NCBI RefSeq assembly: GCF_002113885.1
Contig: NW_018404715.1
Coordinates: 251,268 to 313,378 of the forward strand
Direction of reading: 5' to 3'
DNA length: 62,111 bases
Source of the DNA: Mizuhopecten yessoensis
Taxonomy: Eukaryota
In this document: one piece after another, positions 25,003 through 38,160 of the stretch
Position numbering within the stretch: the first letter of the stretch is position 1
How the letters are laid out: every line of letters starts with the position of its first letter
Notes under the pieces: model-generated
Databases searched by the model: none
What the model saw: only the letters and a program-made list of their open reading frames with translations
What the model was told of the DNA's origin: nothing
Translations under genes and position numbers: made by a program

Positions 25003-27241
25003 AAGAGTCCAAACTATAATAACACAATATATAAGACAAGTAACCATTTTTTTCATATATATATAATTCTATTATAATAATAATCCAAAATATGCATTTA
25101 TCCATTGGTATACTAGCGTTCTGCGCTGTGGTTTCTGTTCTCATTCTTTTCGACTTTCCTATTAATTTCTGTGTTCCTTAAGAACATATTGAAAACTCGC
25201 TAATTTTCTATTCCAGCTGGCTGCAAAAATCCTCGATGTTTTTTTGTTTTTTTTTATCACGGTGGACAGTGCTCTCCACGCCATTTCACACAAACGAACA
25301 GTTCTGTTTTAGAAGTGCATCTATTTCTGGAAGGATCTGGCAATTTTAATGCAATAATTTCTTGATTTAATCTTGGCGGACAGGTAAATATTAGCAAAAG
25401 TATCTCAATTCTTTATCAGAATACAACAACAAGTCACTAAACCCGTATCTGTCATAAACGACACATCTCTGGTCCAACTAGCAAAGACGTTTGGAGCGTG
25501 ATAGAGTAAAATAACCCGTTATAATACTGCACCTCGCGCAGGAACGATCACGTGGTGAAAATCTATTTCTTAAAATGGCCAGTAAGGATTTTATAGATGA
25601 ATCATTATGACGTAACAATTAAATGATGTCACCAACAGAAATTTACCCTCCGGTTTTGACACTATTTTTTTCCTCCTCGATGCAATAAATTCGTTGTCCT
25701 GGTCAGTTAGTGACCATCGGCAGAGCCAAGTAGGGTCAGTAAGACGTATAGGAGCGAGCACAAACTACCTACGTATGGATCTGGCTCTTAGCTGATACCT
25801 TTCATACGCAGAAACCAAATGTCACCTTTGAGGACCAGGCCGGTTTGAATCCAACGATCGCTCATCCATACTATCTATACTAAGTATTAATACTAGAGGA
25901 AAAAATATCGGCGGAGAAAAAAGCGATCTCAACATAGCTTGTTATCATGTTTATTAAAAACCAAAATTAAGATTTTACCGATCGGCCATAATAGCATTTA
26001 CATACAAAGATATACGCCGATATCAGTTATTAGGAGGGGAGGTACAATGGGCGGTGGATGGGGTATACGATAACATCAAGCTACCCCGAAACGGCGCGGT
26101 CTACTATTATATTTGTACAACTAACCATGAACATTCCTTTACCGCGAGCCGCTCTGATTTCCTCTAAATATATATTGTATGAATTTATCCCAGTCATCAA
26201 ATGCTTTTTATCTTAAAATGATAGCTGCCAATTTCAATTCAAGAAACCTTCATAAATATATTTTGTGATTGAAATTAGCGATAACGTGATCTCGTATCGC
26301 GGTATATTCAGGTGTAATAATGGAGGCCCTCGTTCGCCCCGGGTATCTACCAATTCTTGTTTCATTCTGACAGTTGATAATAAATCTCAGACAGTATGTT
26401 GATGTATCGATACCCTTCTCGAGCCGTGATCTCTACCTCTTTAAACGATAAAAATTCAAAGAGTCATGATAGATGCTTGCTTTCACTCTCATAGTTTTCC
26501 TGTGTGGGCTAATATTTTCCATTGTGATTATTTTTTCTATTAATGAAATAGAGCACTACAACTTGATGAATAAAGTGATAAGGTTACGTGTTTAACGGGA
26601 TCTCGCGAGGCTATGAGTGAAAGTAAGTACCGGGCAGACCGCGGTACATTATTCAACATGAAACTCGTCAATATTGGAAACTCTTTTGACCAAATCAACC
26701 TGTCATTTCGTTTTCGGTTGCTTCAGTCAATTAAGGGGTTCAAAACAGGTGAAATTAACCTACTTCAAAACCAGGTTGCAGTTTCTCTTTTCTTTTCCCA
26801 ATTATAAACATAAAACAAACTCAATGCTTTCTTCAATAATAAGAATATTAACGATGGAATCTGTCAAGCAAACTGACAAAATTCCAAAGAAGTTCATACA
26901 GTTTGTACATATGCTTAATTGTAAAACGCTTTAGAAAATATGGAGATAATAATTGACTCATATTTTACTGACAGACCTGGTTCCCCCACGGGGTACCCCT
27001 ACTGAGAGGTATCTACGTCGACCGTTGTGTACAAACACCCCATTAGCGCTAACTGTGACAGAATAATGCATAACATTTTTCTATCTCATTACTATTTTAC
27101 GGAGAAAAAACTTCTCTTCATTTAAATGTTGTTAAAAAGCGATAAAATTTTAAATCATAAATCATATGCTACATAGCGGGTGTTTTTACCCACAATGTTA
27201 CCTGTATAACACATCTGGTGAATCGGATATGTTCTAATTAC

Positions 27242-28617
27242 CTGACCTTAACCATTTCTTCTTCCTCGGATGAGCTTTTCTCCACTGATTTTTCTTCGTG
27301 TATTTCCTTGTAATGTTTTCCTCTTTTAGCAAACTCTTTATTTACAATTTTCACCTAATTTCCTTACTTCATCCCTTTCTGCCCTTTCTTCTATCCTGTC
27401 ATCTCCTTATCTATTTCATTATTTCTCAGTTCCTCGAGTCTTTCATTCATTCTCTATATTATTCCTCCTCAGTGTCTCATAATCCTTCAATCTTTCCATT
27501 TTCTCTATTTCACAGCTTTTTAATACTTTAATTTTGTCCTGCAACTTTCAGTCTTTTCTACTATCTCTATCGTAAGCCTTATCTGTACTTATCCTCCTAA
27601 CTCCAGTGTTTCTAGTCTTGTTTTCCTTCTTTGTATCTTTTACATTATTTCTCCCTCAACTCCTCCAGTCTTTTAACTTTCTCTAACGTTACTCTATTGT
27701 ACCTGCTTGACTTCCTCCATATACCTTTTCTTCTTTATTCGCCTCTCATTTAGTTTCTACTTTCATATTCCCTACTCTGATTTGCTATCTTCTCCACTTC
27801 TATTTTTCCACTATTCATATCCTTCCTCTTTTACTCCTTTCATCCTTTCTTTGTTCCAAACTGTTCTTGTTTATTGCCTTTCCTATTCATCCTCTTCGAG
27901 TTTTTCTTTCTTCTTAGCTCATGTATACTACATTCTGTTTTCCCATCGTCCTCGTCATTCTCGTCATTGCCAGTATAGTTATCGATTGTTTCGTGGTTTT
28001 TTTTATTGTCTCCATCATTGTCTTAAACGACCATCTATAGCATTGTTGTCAGCAAAGTTAATTTTGAGCAACCTTTTTTCGTGTTTGTCGATCATGACCT
28101 GTCGATTATCAAATATTTCAGTGAGCCCAACTTTTGCAATCTTTCATTATAATTTCAGATCCTCAGTTGATCTTTCATATGAAAGCAATATTACAGTTAA
28201 GGTAAATCTCCTTAACTTAAATCTGCCAATGCTTTATCAGAGAAAAACGTGTGTCAGTGAATGCTCTTCGCTGAAGGATTGCGTTGGTCTGAGCTGGAAT
28301 CTTGTAAAGCAAACGAGCTAGTGTAAACTCACAGTTATACTGTACTGAAAGGGTTCAGTAAGAAACCTATCTAGTCTTTCCTCTCTAGCGTCTTGTGGGT
28401 CTCTTTACCTCGTAACCGGTTAGGTACCTTAACAATTTAGAAGATAATTGTATTAACTTTGTACTTTCTACAAGAATCGTCATAGATGATTTTCAGACTG
28501 TCTTCCTTCATTTTCACGATTTCCATTATCCAGATTACAATTCGATGCCGTAGAATAGATTTTTCAAAACGTCATTTCTACTCTCTACAATAAGCTTCAG
28601 GAATGGACGTGATGATC
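27242..28617 (-). pseudogene. Large, heavily decayed E/K/R-rich (coiled-coil-like) exon
   Basis: Acceptor ttgtttacag|GATCAT (AG at 28618-28619). The minus strand is strongly purine-rich and gives fragments such as NCNLDNGNRENEGRQSENHL, DNDGDNKKNHETIDNYTGNDENDEDDGK, VTLEKVKRLEELREK and KEIHEEKSVEKSSSEEEEMVK. Probable donor CAG|GTAATT (GT at 27241-27240). Many stops and frameshifts. Confidence 0.6.
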
Positions 28618-28980
28618 CTGTAAACAATTTAAACCATACTCTGCTTTTATATGGCATGAATTTTTCTGCAACATTTGAATGCCAGAAACCGATATATTTT
28701 AATTAGCAAGAATAAGACATAACTGTAAAAGACTTTGAAGTGTTTTCTTTTTTTCTCGCCTTTTATGATAGAAACATATCTGATGACATGAAGCAGACAG
28801 ATTAGGCATAAGTTCTTAGACATTACAATGGCATTAACCCTAACAAGTTTGCGTAAAATGATAACTAACATAATATTGATCACAATGAATGTCACATTAC
28901 ATGAAACAAAATACCACGTAATATCAGACAGACTTCAAATGAAATAACACCACAACAAAAAACCCAAAGATGAAACCTAC

Positions 28981-29047
28981 CTCAGGTGCCGGTCATTGGG
29001 ACGATGGTAACGGTAGACATTGGTATTCAGTCATACCCATCTCGATA
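28981..29047 (-). pseudogene. 67-nt exon remnant (phase 2 to phase 0) with one TGA
   Basis: ttttaacag|T ATC GAG ATG...CAA TGA CCG GCA CCT GAG|gtaggt, reading IEMGMTEYQCLPLPSSQ*PAPE. Confidence 0.6.
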
Positions 29048-29705
29048 CTGTTAAAATGTCAATATCATACTTGCAGTACAGTCATTCATGAAATCAACAA
29101 ATCGGTTTGAAACTAATTACTGGATAACTAAATCAACCTGAACATCTTTCCTCATAGCTCTCATTCCACCACTTACTGATTCCATCCCTCTATCTCTACC
29201 TCCATCCATTTCCCCTCTCTCTTTACTGCCTTTCGTACAACAATTTAAATTGGTATATCTTTAAACTTTTTGTCATTCCTAGTTATATATAGTTGTAGTG
29301 TTGTATTGAGCATTGCACAGGATATGGTTTAGTTAGTTGTGAGAACTCGTGCGCAGTCTCTTTGATTGTTTTTCAATAAAATATATTTGAACGAAACAGA
29401 ATTGCGCAATTCCGAATGTTGATATTTCACTGACAGGCGAGTTTGACAATGCAATTCATAATGCAAACAAGTATGAGTAATTTCCTTAATGGAACTGCGA
29501 GCCATGACAGTGAACGAAAAAATTCAGTGTCATCAAATTCATGTCGACTGTAAAAATCTTTTATTACTTATCAGCGACGTCATTTAAATTAAATTAATGA
29601 ATGATGCACGGCAGAGGCGTGGATGATATCGTCGACATCGAGGGAGATAAGCTATCAGCTAACGACTCTACAATGACGGCCTGTAACAACCAGGATATGT
29701 CTTAC

Positions 29706-29783
29706 CTGCTCATTTGGAACTTAACACCCGGACATTTGACTAATTTTCGAATAGTTTCACTGTGGGTACGATTCTTAATAAAC
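29706..29783 (-). pseudogene. 78-nt open exon (phase 2 to phase 2) of the same decayed gene
   Basis: aattatag|G TTT ATT AAG...CAA ATG AGC AG|gtaaga (consensus donor), reading FIKNRTHSETIRKLVKCPGVKFQMS. Confidence 0.55.
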
Positions 29784-30104
29784 CTATAATTAGGTGTATA
29801 TATCAGTTGAACATTTCTATATTTAGGAAATGTATGTTGGACAAGATCCACCCTGGGGATTAGCTCTGTGGGATGGCCTTACATCGTCGCCAGGTCGTTC
29901 CATCGCCGACAAAATCAGTATGTCGGTTAGATAGATCACTTTTAACTATACATCATACAGCAAAATACAATCTAATTATACAGGATAGACTTAGGAGTGA
30001 ATAGGATACAGTCAGCTGAGAGTCAGGATGAGAGCACTAACAAGTTCTGAAACTGATTGGAAAGTCGACTAAAATATCGGTACAGGGCCATGAAGAATCG
30101 ACAA

Positions 30105-31725
30105 AAACGACGACGATGCTGACAAAAACAACAACGCTGACGACGAATACGAAGACCACCACCACCACCACCACGACCACCACCACCACCAACAACAACA
30201 ACAACGACAACGACGACGACAATAACAAAAACAAGAAAGACGACGACGGCCACACCTACCACCACCAACAACAAAGACGACGACCACACCCACCACCAAC
30301 AAGAAGAAAGACGACGACGGCCACACCCACCACCACCACCAACAAAGACGACGACACCCAAACCCACCACCACCAACAACAAAGACGACGACGGCCACAC
30401 CCTCCACCACCACCAACAAAGACGACGACGGCCACACCCACCACCAACAAAAAAGACGACGACGACAATAACAAAAACAACGGAGACGACGACGGCAACA
30501 CCCACCACCAACAACAAAGACGACGACGGCCAAACCAACCACCACCAACAAGAAAGACGACGACGGCCACACCCACCACCACCAACAATAAAGACGACGA
30601 CGCCCAAACCCACCACCACCAACAACAAAGACGACCACGGCCACACCCTCCACCACCACCAACAAAGACGACGACGGCCACACCCACCACCACCAACAAA
30701 AAAGACGAAGACGACCACACCCACCACCAACAACAAAGACGACGACAGCCACACCCACCACCAACAACAAAGAAGACGACGGCCACACCCACCACCAACA
30801 ACAAAGACAAGAACGGCCCCCCCCCCCACCAACAACAAAGACGACGACGGCCACACCCACCACCACCAACAATAAAGACGACGACGGCCAACCCCACCAC
30901 CACCAACAACAAAGACGACGACCACACCCACCACCAACAAGAAGAAAGACGACGACGGCCACCCCCACCACCACCACCAACAAAGACGACGGCCACCCCC
31001 ACCACCACCACCAACAAAGACGACGACACCCAATCCCACCACCACCAACAACAAAGACGACGACGGCCAAACCCACCACCAACAACAAAAACGACGACGA
31101 CCCCACCCACCACCACCAACAACAAAGACGACGACCACACCCACCACCACCACCAACAAAGACGACGGCCACACCCACCACCACCACCAACAAAGACGAC
31201 GGCCACCCCCACCACCACCACCAACAAAGACGACGGCCACACCCACCACCACCACCAACAAAGACGACGGCACCCAAACCCACCACCACCAACAACAAAG
31301 ACGACGACGCCCACACCCACCATCAACAACAAAGACGACGACGCCCACACCCACCACCAACAACAAAGACAAGAACGGCCACACCCCCCACCAACAACAA
31401 AGACGACGACGGCCACACCCTCCACCACCACCAACAAAGACGACGACGGCCACACCCACCACCACCACCAACAAAGACGACGGCCACCCCCACCACCACC
31501 ACCAACAAAGACGACGACGGCCACACCCACCACCAACAACAAAGACGACGACGACAATAACAAAAACAACGGAGACGACGACGGCCACACCCACCACCAA
31601 CAACAAAGACGACGACGGCCACACCCACCACCACCAACAAAGACGACGACAACAACAACATTGACGACGACAATAACCACAATAATAACACACCAACGAA
31701 AACAGATAACAACAACAACCAAAAC
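30105..31725. repeat. Compound trinucleotide minisatellite (~34-40 bp units built from (ACC)n, (AAC)n and (GAC)n)
   Basis: Typical unit CCACACCCACCACCACCAACAACAAAGACGACGACGG (37 bp). The + strand has almost no T, so long ORFs appear on both strands. Confidence 0.97.
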
Positions 31726-34700
31726 AGCCAATGCAGTAGCGTCAAGATACAATTTTAAACAAAATTAACAACGACGACATCAATTACAAAAACAACAATG
31801 CCATATTGAATGTCATATCTTATACATTAAAAAAATCCAAGAAAAAATAAGAAAACAAAACGACTTGATAATATTTCATATTTCATACTCAAAATGGTGG
31901 CAATCCTATTTTAAGTCGGTCGCAGCTCTGTTATTTCAGGATTATGTTGCTGGTGTAGGCAGAAAGTTGAATTGCTATTAGCCACTGATAAAAACAAACA
32001 AACAATCAAAAAACAACAACGTCAACAAACAAAAACCGCTGAAAACATACCGAAGATTAGATTGTTTCAACTTAAAAAGAACACAATCTGAAATGGAACG
32101 CACTCTGCAAATCAGAATACGTCATACTGTACATACCATTTCCTTATCTAGAACATACAATTATCGTTTGATTACACGAACTAGTAGATTAGAATGGTTC
32201 TGTAGGCTGTGTAATCGTCATTACCCCGGCCATCAGTGTGACGTGCTAGGAACCCATCACAACTTACACTGTACTGTTTTAAATACTTTTCATTTAACTT
32301 CTTGCATGAAAACACCTTAAGGAGATTCGGAGATAAACCCAGCGCATGTATTTTTTCCAGGGATAATTTTCTGTAGCGTAGGGATTGTCATTAAGTAGAA
32401 TGAAATGCACTTTTTTACTTAGATTTGTACAGCTCCGTTTCCTACATGTTTATTTTCTAGATATACGGAATGCTCTGCGTCAAGACATCCTGTTTTATTT
32501 CATTAAGTTAATTTGAATGCATTATACTCTGCTTCGCTCTACACAGTAAAACCCAACATATACTTTTAGATTTTTTTAAAATTTAAATTAACTCAACTAA
32601 TCGATTACACGAAGTTGAATGAAATCTACATATAGGGATGGGTAAAGGAATACTAAATGTTTTCTAGCGTTTAAGTATGGTGTAATACATGGATACGTTC
32701 GAAAATCACGTCTCAAAAATTATAAAACCAATGTGTATGAATTATATATTTGTGGAATTCTTAGATACGCGATGTGAATGCTTCATCGAAGGTTCGATAC
32801 CGAAAGCACAGAAAATAACATTCAATTAGTAGAAATATCAAGGGCTTAGAATCGGTCGGTAATAAATCCTCCCTGACTTAACTTTATTTCACTTTTATAC
32901 GCTTTCTTTTTTCCCAGTTGTATTCGTAGTTGACCTGACCATTAAAAAGGCAGGCACTTTAATTTTCTGGAAAAAATAAAAATTCTATTGTCATTTGTTT
33001 AGAGTATTTTGCCGTTTTATCGATATTTCAGAGATATATATGATACATGAGGGCAAGTGAGTTATGAATATTTATGAGCTCTGTCTGCATTCACTTGGCA
33101 CGTTCACAAAAACAAGCTATGTCAAGCTGGCAAATTCGCAGGAAACTAAAATATCCGCTTGGGTCTCATTCGGCTATGATTCGGTCGCTTTACGCATGTT
33201 TTCGCAAGTGCAAAACTTGAGAGAGTTGTATTGTAATTTCATTAGTCAATTATCCTGTCAAACAGGATAGTTCCATATAGTTTACGGGATGCTGTCCATC
33301 TCCCAAGCCTCAAACCCGGAAAAATATGTTCCTAGTCTGCATTTAGACAAGCCAACAACTATAAGTTTAAAACCAGTCGAGACCGACCAATCCGGACAAT
33401 AAAAAAAATCGCAAAACCATGTCCTCCAAAGGCTTGTATCAATGAAGCATGTTCATATACGTCACAAACATACATATGATGTATTGAAATCGTTTCTGTA
33501 CAAATGTTTATTTCTGCATTGAAATATGTACTACATGTCAGTATTAATCGCAATTTAGTGCGGAAAAAATAGAGAGTTGTATTGGTTTAGGTCAAAAAAC
33601 GAGATATATTATTTCGTAAAAGAAATATCATCAATATTTTATTCTTTATTTTTTTCATAAAAATCAACAACTTTAATTAAGCAAATGAATACAACTGAAT
33701 ATAATCTAGCATTTTAAAATTTTGAATAAAATAGATGCACGACTTTATCCGTTCGAGGCATTTAAGTTGTCCGTATATTTATTACAATCTTCAAGGTAAT
33801 TTCATATCCAAAAGAAAGTAAAACGTTTTCATCGATTTCACTAACAGAATGCTCATTTCGATCAAGTCTCCAGTAAGGAAACTTTTGTTTTGCTATTCTT
33901 CCTCTTAAGATACCTCCGTTTTTAGGTATCACTTACACTTCTGCCACAAAGCTGTGGATTTGATCTGAAAATTGTATAGTATCCTATATCTGGGATTATT
34001 TTCAACCGCAAACCACATCTCTGTATCGCCTCCACGGCAGCATCGTTTTAAGATGAGTAACTATTAAATGGTATATCTTAAGACGTTGCTCAGGGACGGG
34101 GGTCATTTTTTTCTAAGTGTGATACTGTAATTTTAGCGAAATACAATCTGGCCTCTCTTGTACATTTGAACATTGGCGTATTCAACGGAAACTGACACAT
34201 GGTAGTAACCGGTATTACTAGGAGAGAAAATTAACCAAAAAATATGACACATTCTCGCCGAAGATCAATATTATATACTAAACAGCCAAGACTAGCGGTA
34301 ACAATGGTCATCGGTCGACTGTTAGGTTCCCATATCGCGTCCTTTTGTCTCATGTCAGCGGTGAGACACGCCAGTTCGGGACGAAAAGAATCAAATCCGC
34401 TCTCAAATTTCTCGATACAATTTAAGTCTTTAATCAAATTATAGTGTCTGTGCTTTTTTGCATGCATAATTCTAACTCCAGAACCTAGTACAATTCCCGG
34501 CTTTTGTGACTAGCCGGGTTGAGTTTCAATAGAAGTCATGTATCACCTACTATTAAACCTGATTAATACCGAAAACTGCGGTAAAAGGGGGAACAAGACG
34601 CTGGCCCTATCTACCCTCCCAATCTCTTGTATGTTGGTAAATGACAATAGTAATGCTGTGATCCTTTAAACATACCTACACGAAGGATATTTCGAATTGC

Positions 34701-35683
34701 TCTCCTACACAACTGAACAAAGGATGATTAAGTATGAGATAGGCTTTTTTTTATAGGTTAGCATGAAAGACGCTCCCGCCATTCCAAGTTGATACAGAGG
34801 CTGGGTGCTTGTGTCCCGCTCTATCTGATGATGAAGGTATCTCTCAACTTCATCATCAATTATTCACCGCGGCTTGTCCACATCTGCTCTACAATGCTAA
34901 GTATACACTTCTCGATACAACAGTTTTAGGTACTGGGGGTTAACCGGACGTGTTACAGTTGGCATGTAGCTGTTTTACTGACCATTATCTTATTGATAGT
35001 ATTATATAGTATACGTATATCAACATTATACTGAAGATGATATTAATGATAATATAATGTTTACCGAAGATAAAGTTATTGACATGCTTGATATATAAAC
35101 ACATTATTGTCTTAAGTATATTTTGTGTGTTAGTGGATTATATTTTTTTTTGTATAATTTACAAACTGAATATTACGGCAAAAAATATACTGAATATAAT
35201 CTTGTCGACATAAACTTAACGGTGAAGGAAAACTTAATAACATCAAATGTTTAGCACATTTCACTTAAACATAAACTATTGGAGATTATCTTCCATGTAT
35301 ATGTTATGTTTAAGGTTATCTCAATGTATGTTTAACAGACTATAATCTTAAGTATAGATTGATATACAGGAGAAACTTAGAAATCCGACTTACAATGTGT
35401 CAAGGAAAGATAATTTAAATATAATGTTTATACTGAATTTCATCTCACATATAGGTTACATCCACTTAATAAGTAGATAATCCGAGCATATCTGCATAAA
35501 TTATGTAGAATTTACCTGTATACAATGTATATGCACCACATATACAACGCTTAAAGTGTATATACTAATGCAGTTGTGGAGACTACACAAACATTAATGC
35601 AGTTACATCTCTTTAACGAGAATAATCAGAAATTATTATTATAAGACACTATTTGAATCAACTTTATATGTGATTATACTCTG

Positions 35684-36235
35684 TGTTGTTGTACTGTAGA
35701 TATTCTTATATTGTTGTACTGTAGATAATCTTATGTTGTTATACTGTAGATAATTCTAATCTGTAGTACTGTAGATAATCTTTTTTTTTGGTACTGTAGA
35801 TAACCTTATGTTGTTGTACTGTAGATAATGTTAGTTTTTTTGTGTACTGTAGATAATCTTATGTAGTTGTACTGCAGATAATCTTATTTTGTTGTACTGT
35901 AGATAATCTTCTCCAATGTGTCTTTGTATCCAGTTATGCTGTTGTACTGTAGATAATATTATGTTGTTGTACTGTAGATAATCTTATGTTTTTGTACTGT
36001 AGACAATTCTAATATGTTGTACTGTAAATAATCTTAAGTTGTTGTACTGTAGATAATCTTATGTTGTTGTACTGAAGATAAGCTTATGTTGTTGTACTGT
36101 AGATAATCTTATGTCATCTTACTGTAGATAATCTTATGTTGTTGTACTGAAGATAATCCTAATGTTGTACTGTTGATAATCTTATGTTGTTGTACTGTAG
36201 ATACTATTATGTTGTTGTACTGTAGATAATCTTAT
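35684..36235. repeat. 25-bp minisatellite, ~21 copies, with a foreign 23-nt insertion
   Basis: Consensus ATGTTGTTGTACTGTAGATAATCTT, interrupted at 35911-35933. Confidence 0.97.
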
Positions 36236-36608
36236 CATTCGTTTGAGAATCACATCAATTTATATCGCCCATAACTTTATTAATTTTATGATGTAGATAA
36301 TTTTATTTACTGATACGGCAGACGCTTTTTATTTGTTAATCTTAGTTTTAAAAATGGTTTATTCAATCATTACAGCAACAGTCGTACAAAAATAACTGAA
36401 GTCTGTTGATAGGGATTATTTAATCTTATTTACAAGACTAGTATTCGACAGGTATTATTGACAAACATTTAAGCCGAAGATGATATTATTTATATGTCTT
36501 ATCGTGTACATTATATAATTTTCTTTATATACAAGATAATATTATCTACAGGAATGTTTCAGATAGATGATACCGACTTTTATTACATACTTACTAATAA
36601 ATACGGGT

Positions 36609-36729
36609 ATGCCTTTTTCCATATCACACCCGGTATAAACCCTCGACAAATATCAGCCCTCGGGCCTCTGGCCCTTGGTCTGATATTGCAGTCTCGGGTT
36701 GATTTTGGGTGTGATATGGAAAAAGGCAT
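36609..36729. mobile_element. Fold-back palindromic MITE-like element
   Basis: Perfect 23-bp inverted repeat ATGCCTTTTTCCATATCACACCC (36609-36631) / GGGTGTGATATGGAAAAAGGCAT (36707-36729), with inner arms AATATCAG..GGGCC / GGCCC..CTGATATT. Confidence 0.8.
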
Positions 36730-38160
36730 GTATTATTCTCTTTGTATTTATACCGCGAGTAATTTTACTGCCTTCACGCGCATTAAGAAGATATTAGCTC
36801 TATATGAAGTGGTATTTAAATAATCTATCTAAGTGAGTGAGTTGAGTAAGTAACTGTTATTTATATTTTTACATACACAATACCTATGACATATATTTTA
36901 TACTGTTGATAAAATGCCATATGTCAACAATGTTTTGAGAATTATCCGAACAGGTGTCGACGAAATATTGTACTTTACTAGAAATAATACTTTTATTATC
37001 GAGACATTTTATTTCAGAATTAAAAACAAAAACAATATAGATACATTGAAATTCGTGTGTGTCCCTCAGATACTTAAACGAATGCGTTGTTACTTGGTTG
37101 AGCCGCCATGATAACGCACATCTTCTTTTGTGCGAATCTGTCATCCTCTAAATAGCGATATCACTCTATCTAGACAATATCGCTTCTTATGGGAAGATTC
37201 TGTCCATCTTCTGGACCAATTTATATTTGATCAATAGATTTTACCCAAAATAATGGCAAGGCGTTACAAATGCTCGATATAAAACTAGGAGTATTTCACT
37301 ATTTCTATTGGAAATATAAAATCTCATTATGTAGTTACAATATTATGTTAAGTGCGGAAGTTGGTGATTGTTTCATTAAACTTGAGAAAAAGAAAATCCA
37401 GAAAAACAAAATGAAATGTGTTCATCGAAGATAATTATATGATAATAAATGACGAAATTAAATATTGAATATAGCGTCATTTGTTTGTTTGTTATTATTA
37501 TTATTTTTGATTTTCGTTATGTAGAAGAGTGAGTTTTTTAATCCGCCATTATCTGGAATATTTAAGCATCAATCAAATCACATCAATCAAATGAGATATG
37601 AAATGAAATTCTACAGCAGTAATTTATCAAACACAAATGTTTTTTTGTTTTAAAGAAAATCAAGTGCATCACATGGAAATCAAATATCAAAATTCATTGT
37701 TGATAAAAAGTGACAATAAAACAATCCCGAAGAAAACTCACAGAATAATAGAAGTTTTATTTCATCATATATCTGTGTCAAAATAATGATGAATTACTGA
37801 AAACTGTGGGATTATTTTTTAATGAAATCCTTCGTTATAATCTAAATAAAACTGAAGGAATGAAATATATTTATATGATACGGAAAAAATGCAACGTGCC
37901 CCGGTAGTATTTGAAACTTAATTTTTATAATAGACAATAAATTTAGATACCGCGTTAAAATAAATGATATAACAGATTATTTACTTTGACATCCAAGTTC
38001 ATAAATCTATCGCCTTTGACTGGAATGTTTTGCTGTGAAAGTCCATTAAACATTCAAATCCGAGGTTCTAGGCCCCTCGGAAGCAAGTATATTGTATCAA
38101 GATAGCTCATCGGTTTCATTCGAAAATAGCTAGTTATAGAATTAGCGCCAGTATCTTTAG

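Noticed and set aside
27298-28321. Hydrophobic Phe/Ser/Leu-rich + strand ORFs resembling membrane proteins
   Set aside because: They are the antisense shadow of the purine-rich decayed exon on the minus strand; the same holds for 21519-21824 and 22732-22968.
30023-31768. 550-aa Thr/Pro/His-rich mucin- or extensin-like ORF and antisense ORFs
   Set aside because: The absence of T prevents stop codons in any frame, the + ORF has no ATG start or signal peptide, and the frame rotates each unit.
32780-32810. Pol III B-box-like GGTTCGATACC
   Set aside because: No cloverleaf or correctly spaced A box could be built.
34826-34858. 11-bp stem hairpin TGATGATGAAG/CTTCATCATCA
   Set aside because: Low-complexity triplet stem, isolated, with no terminator role expected in a eukaryote.
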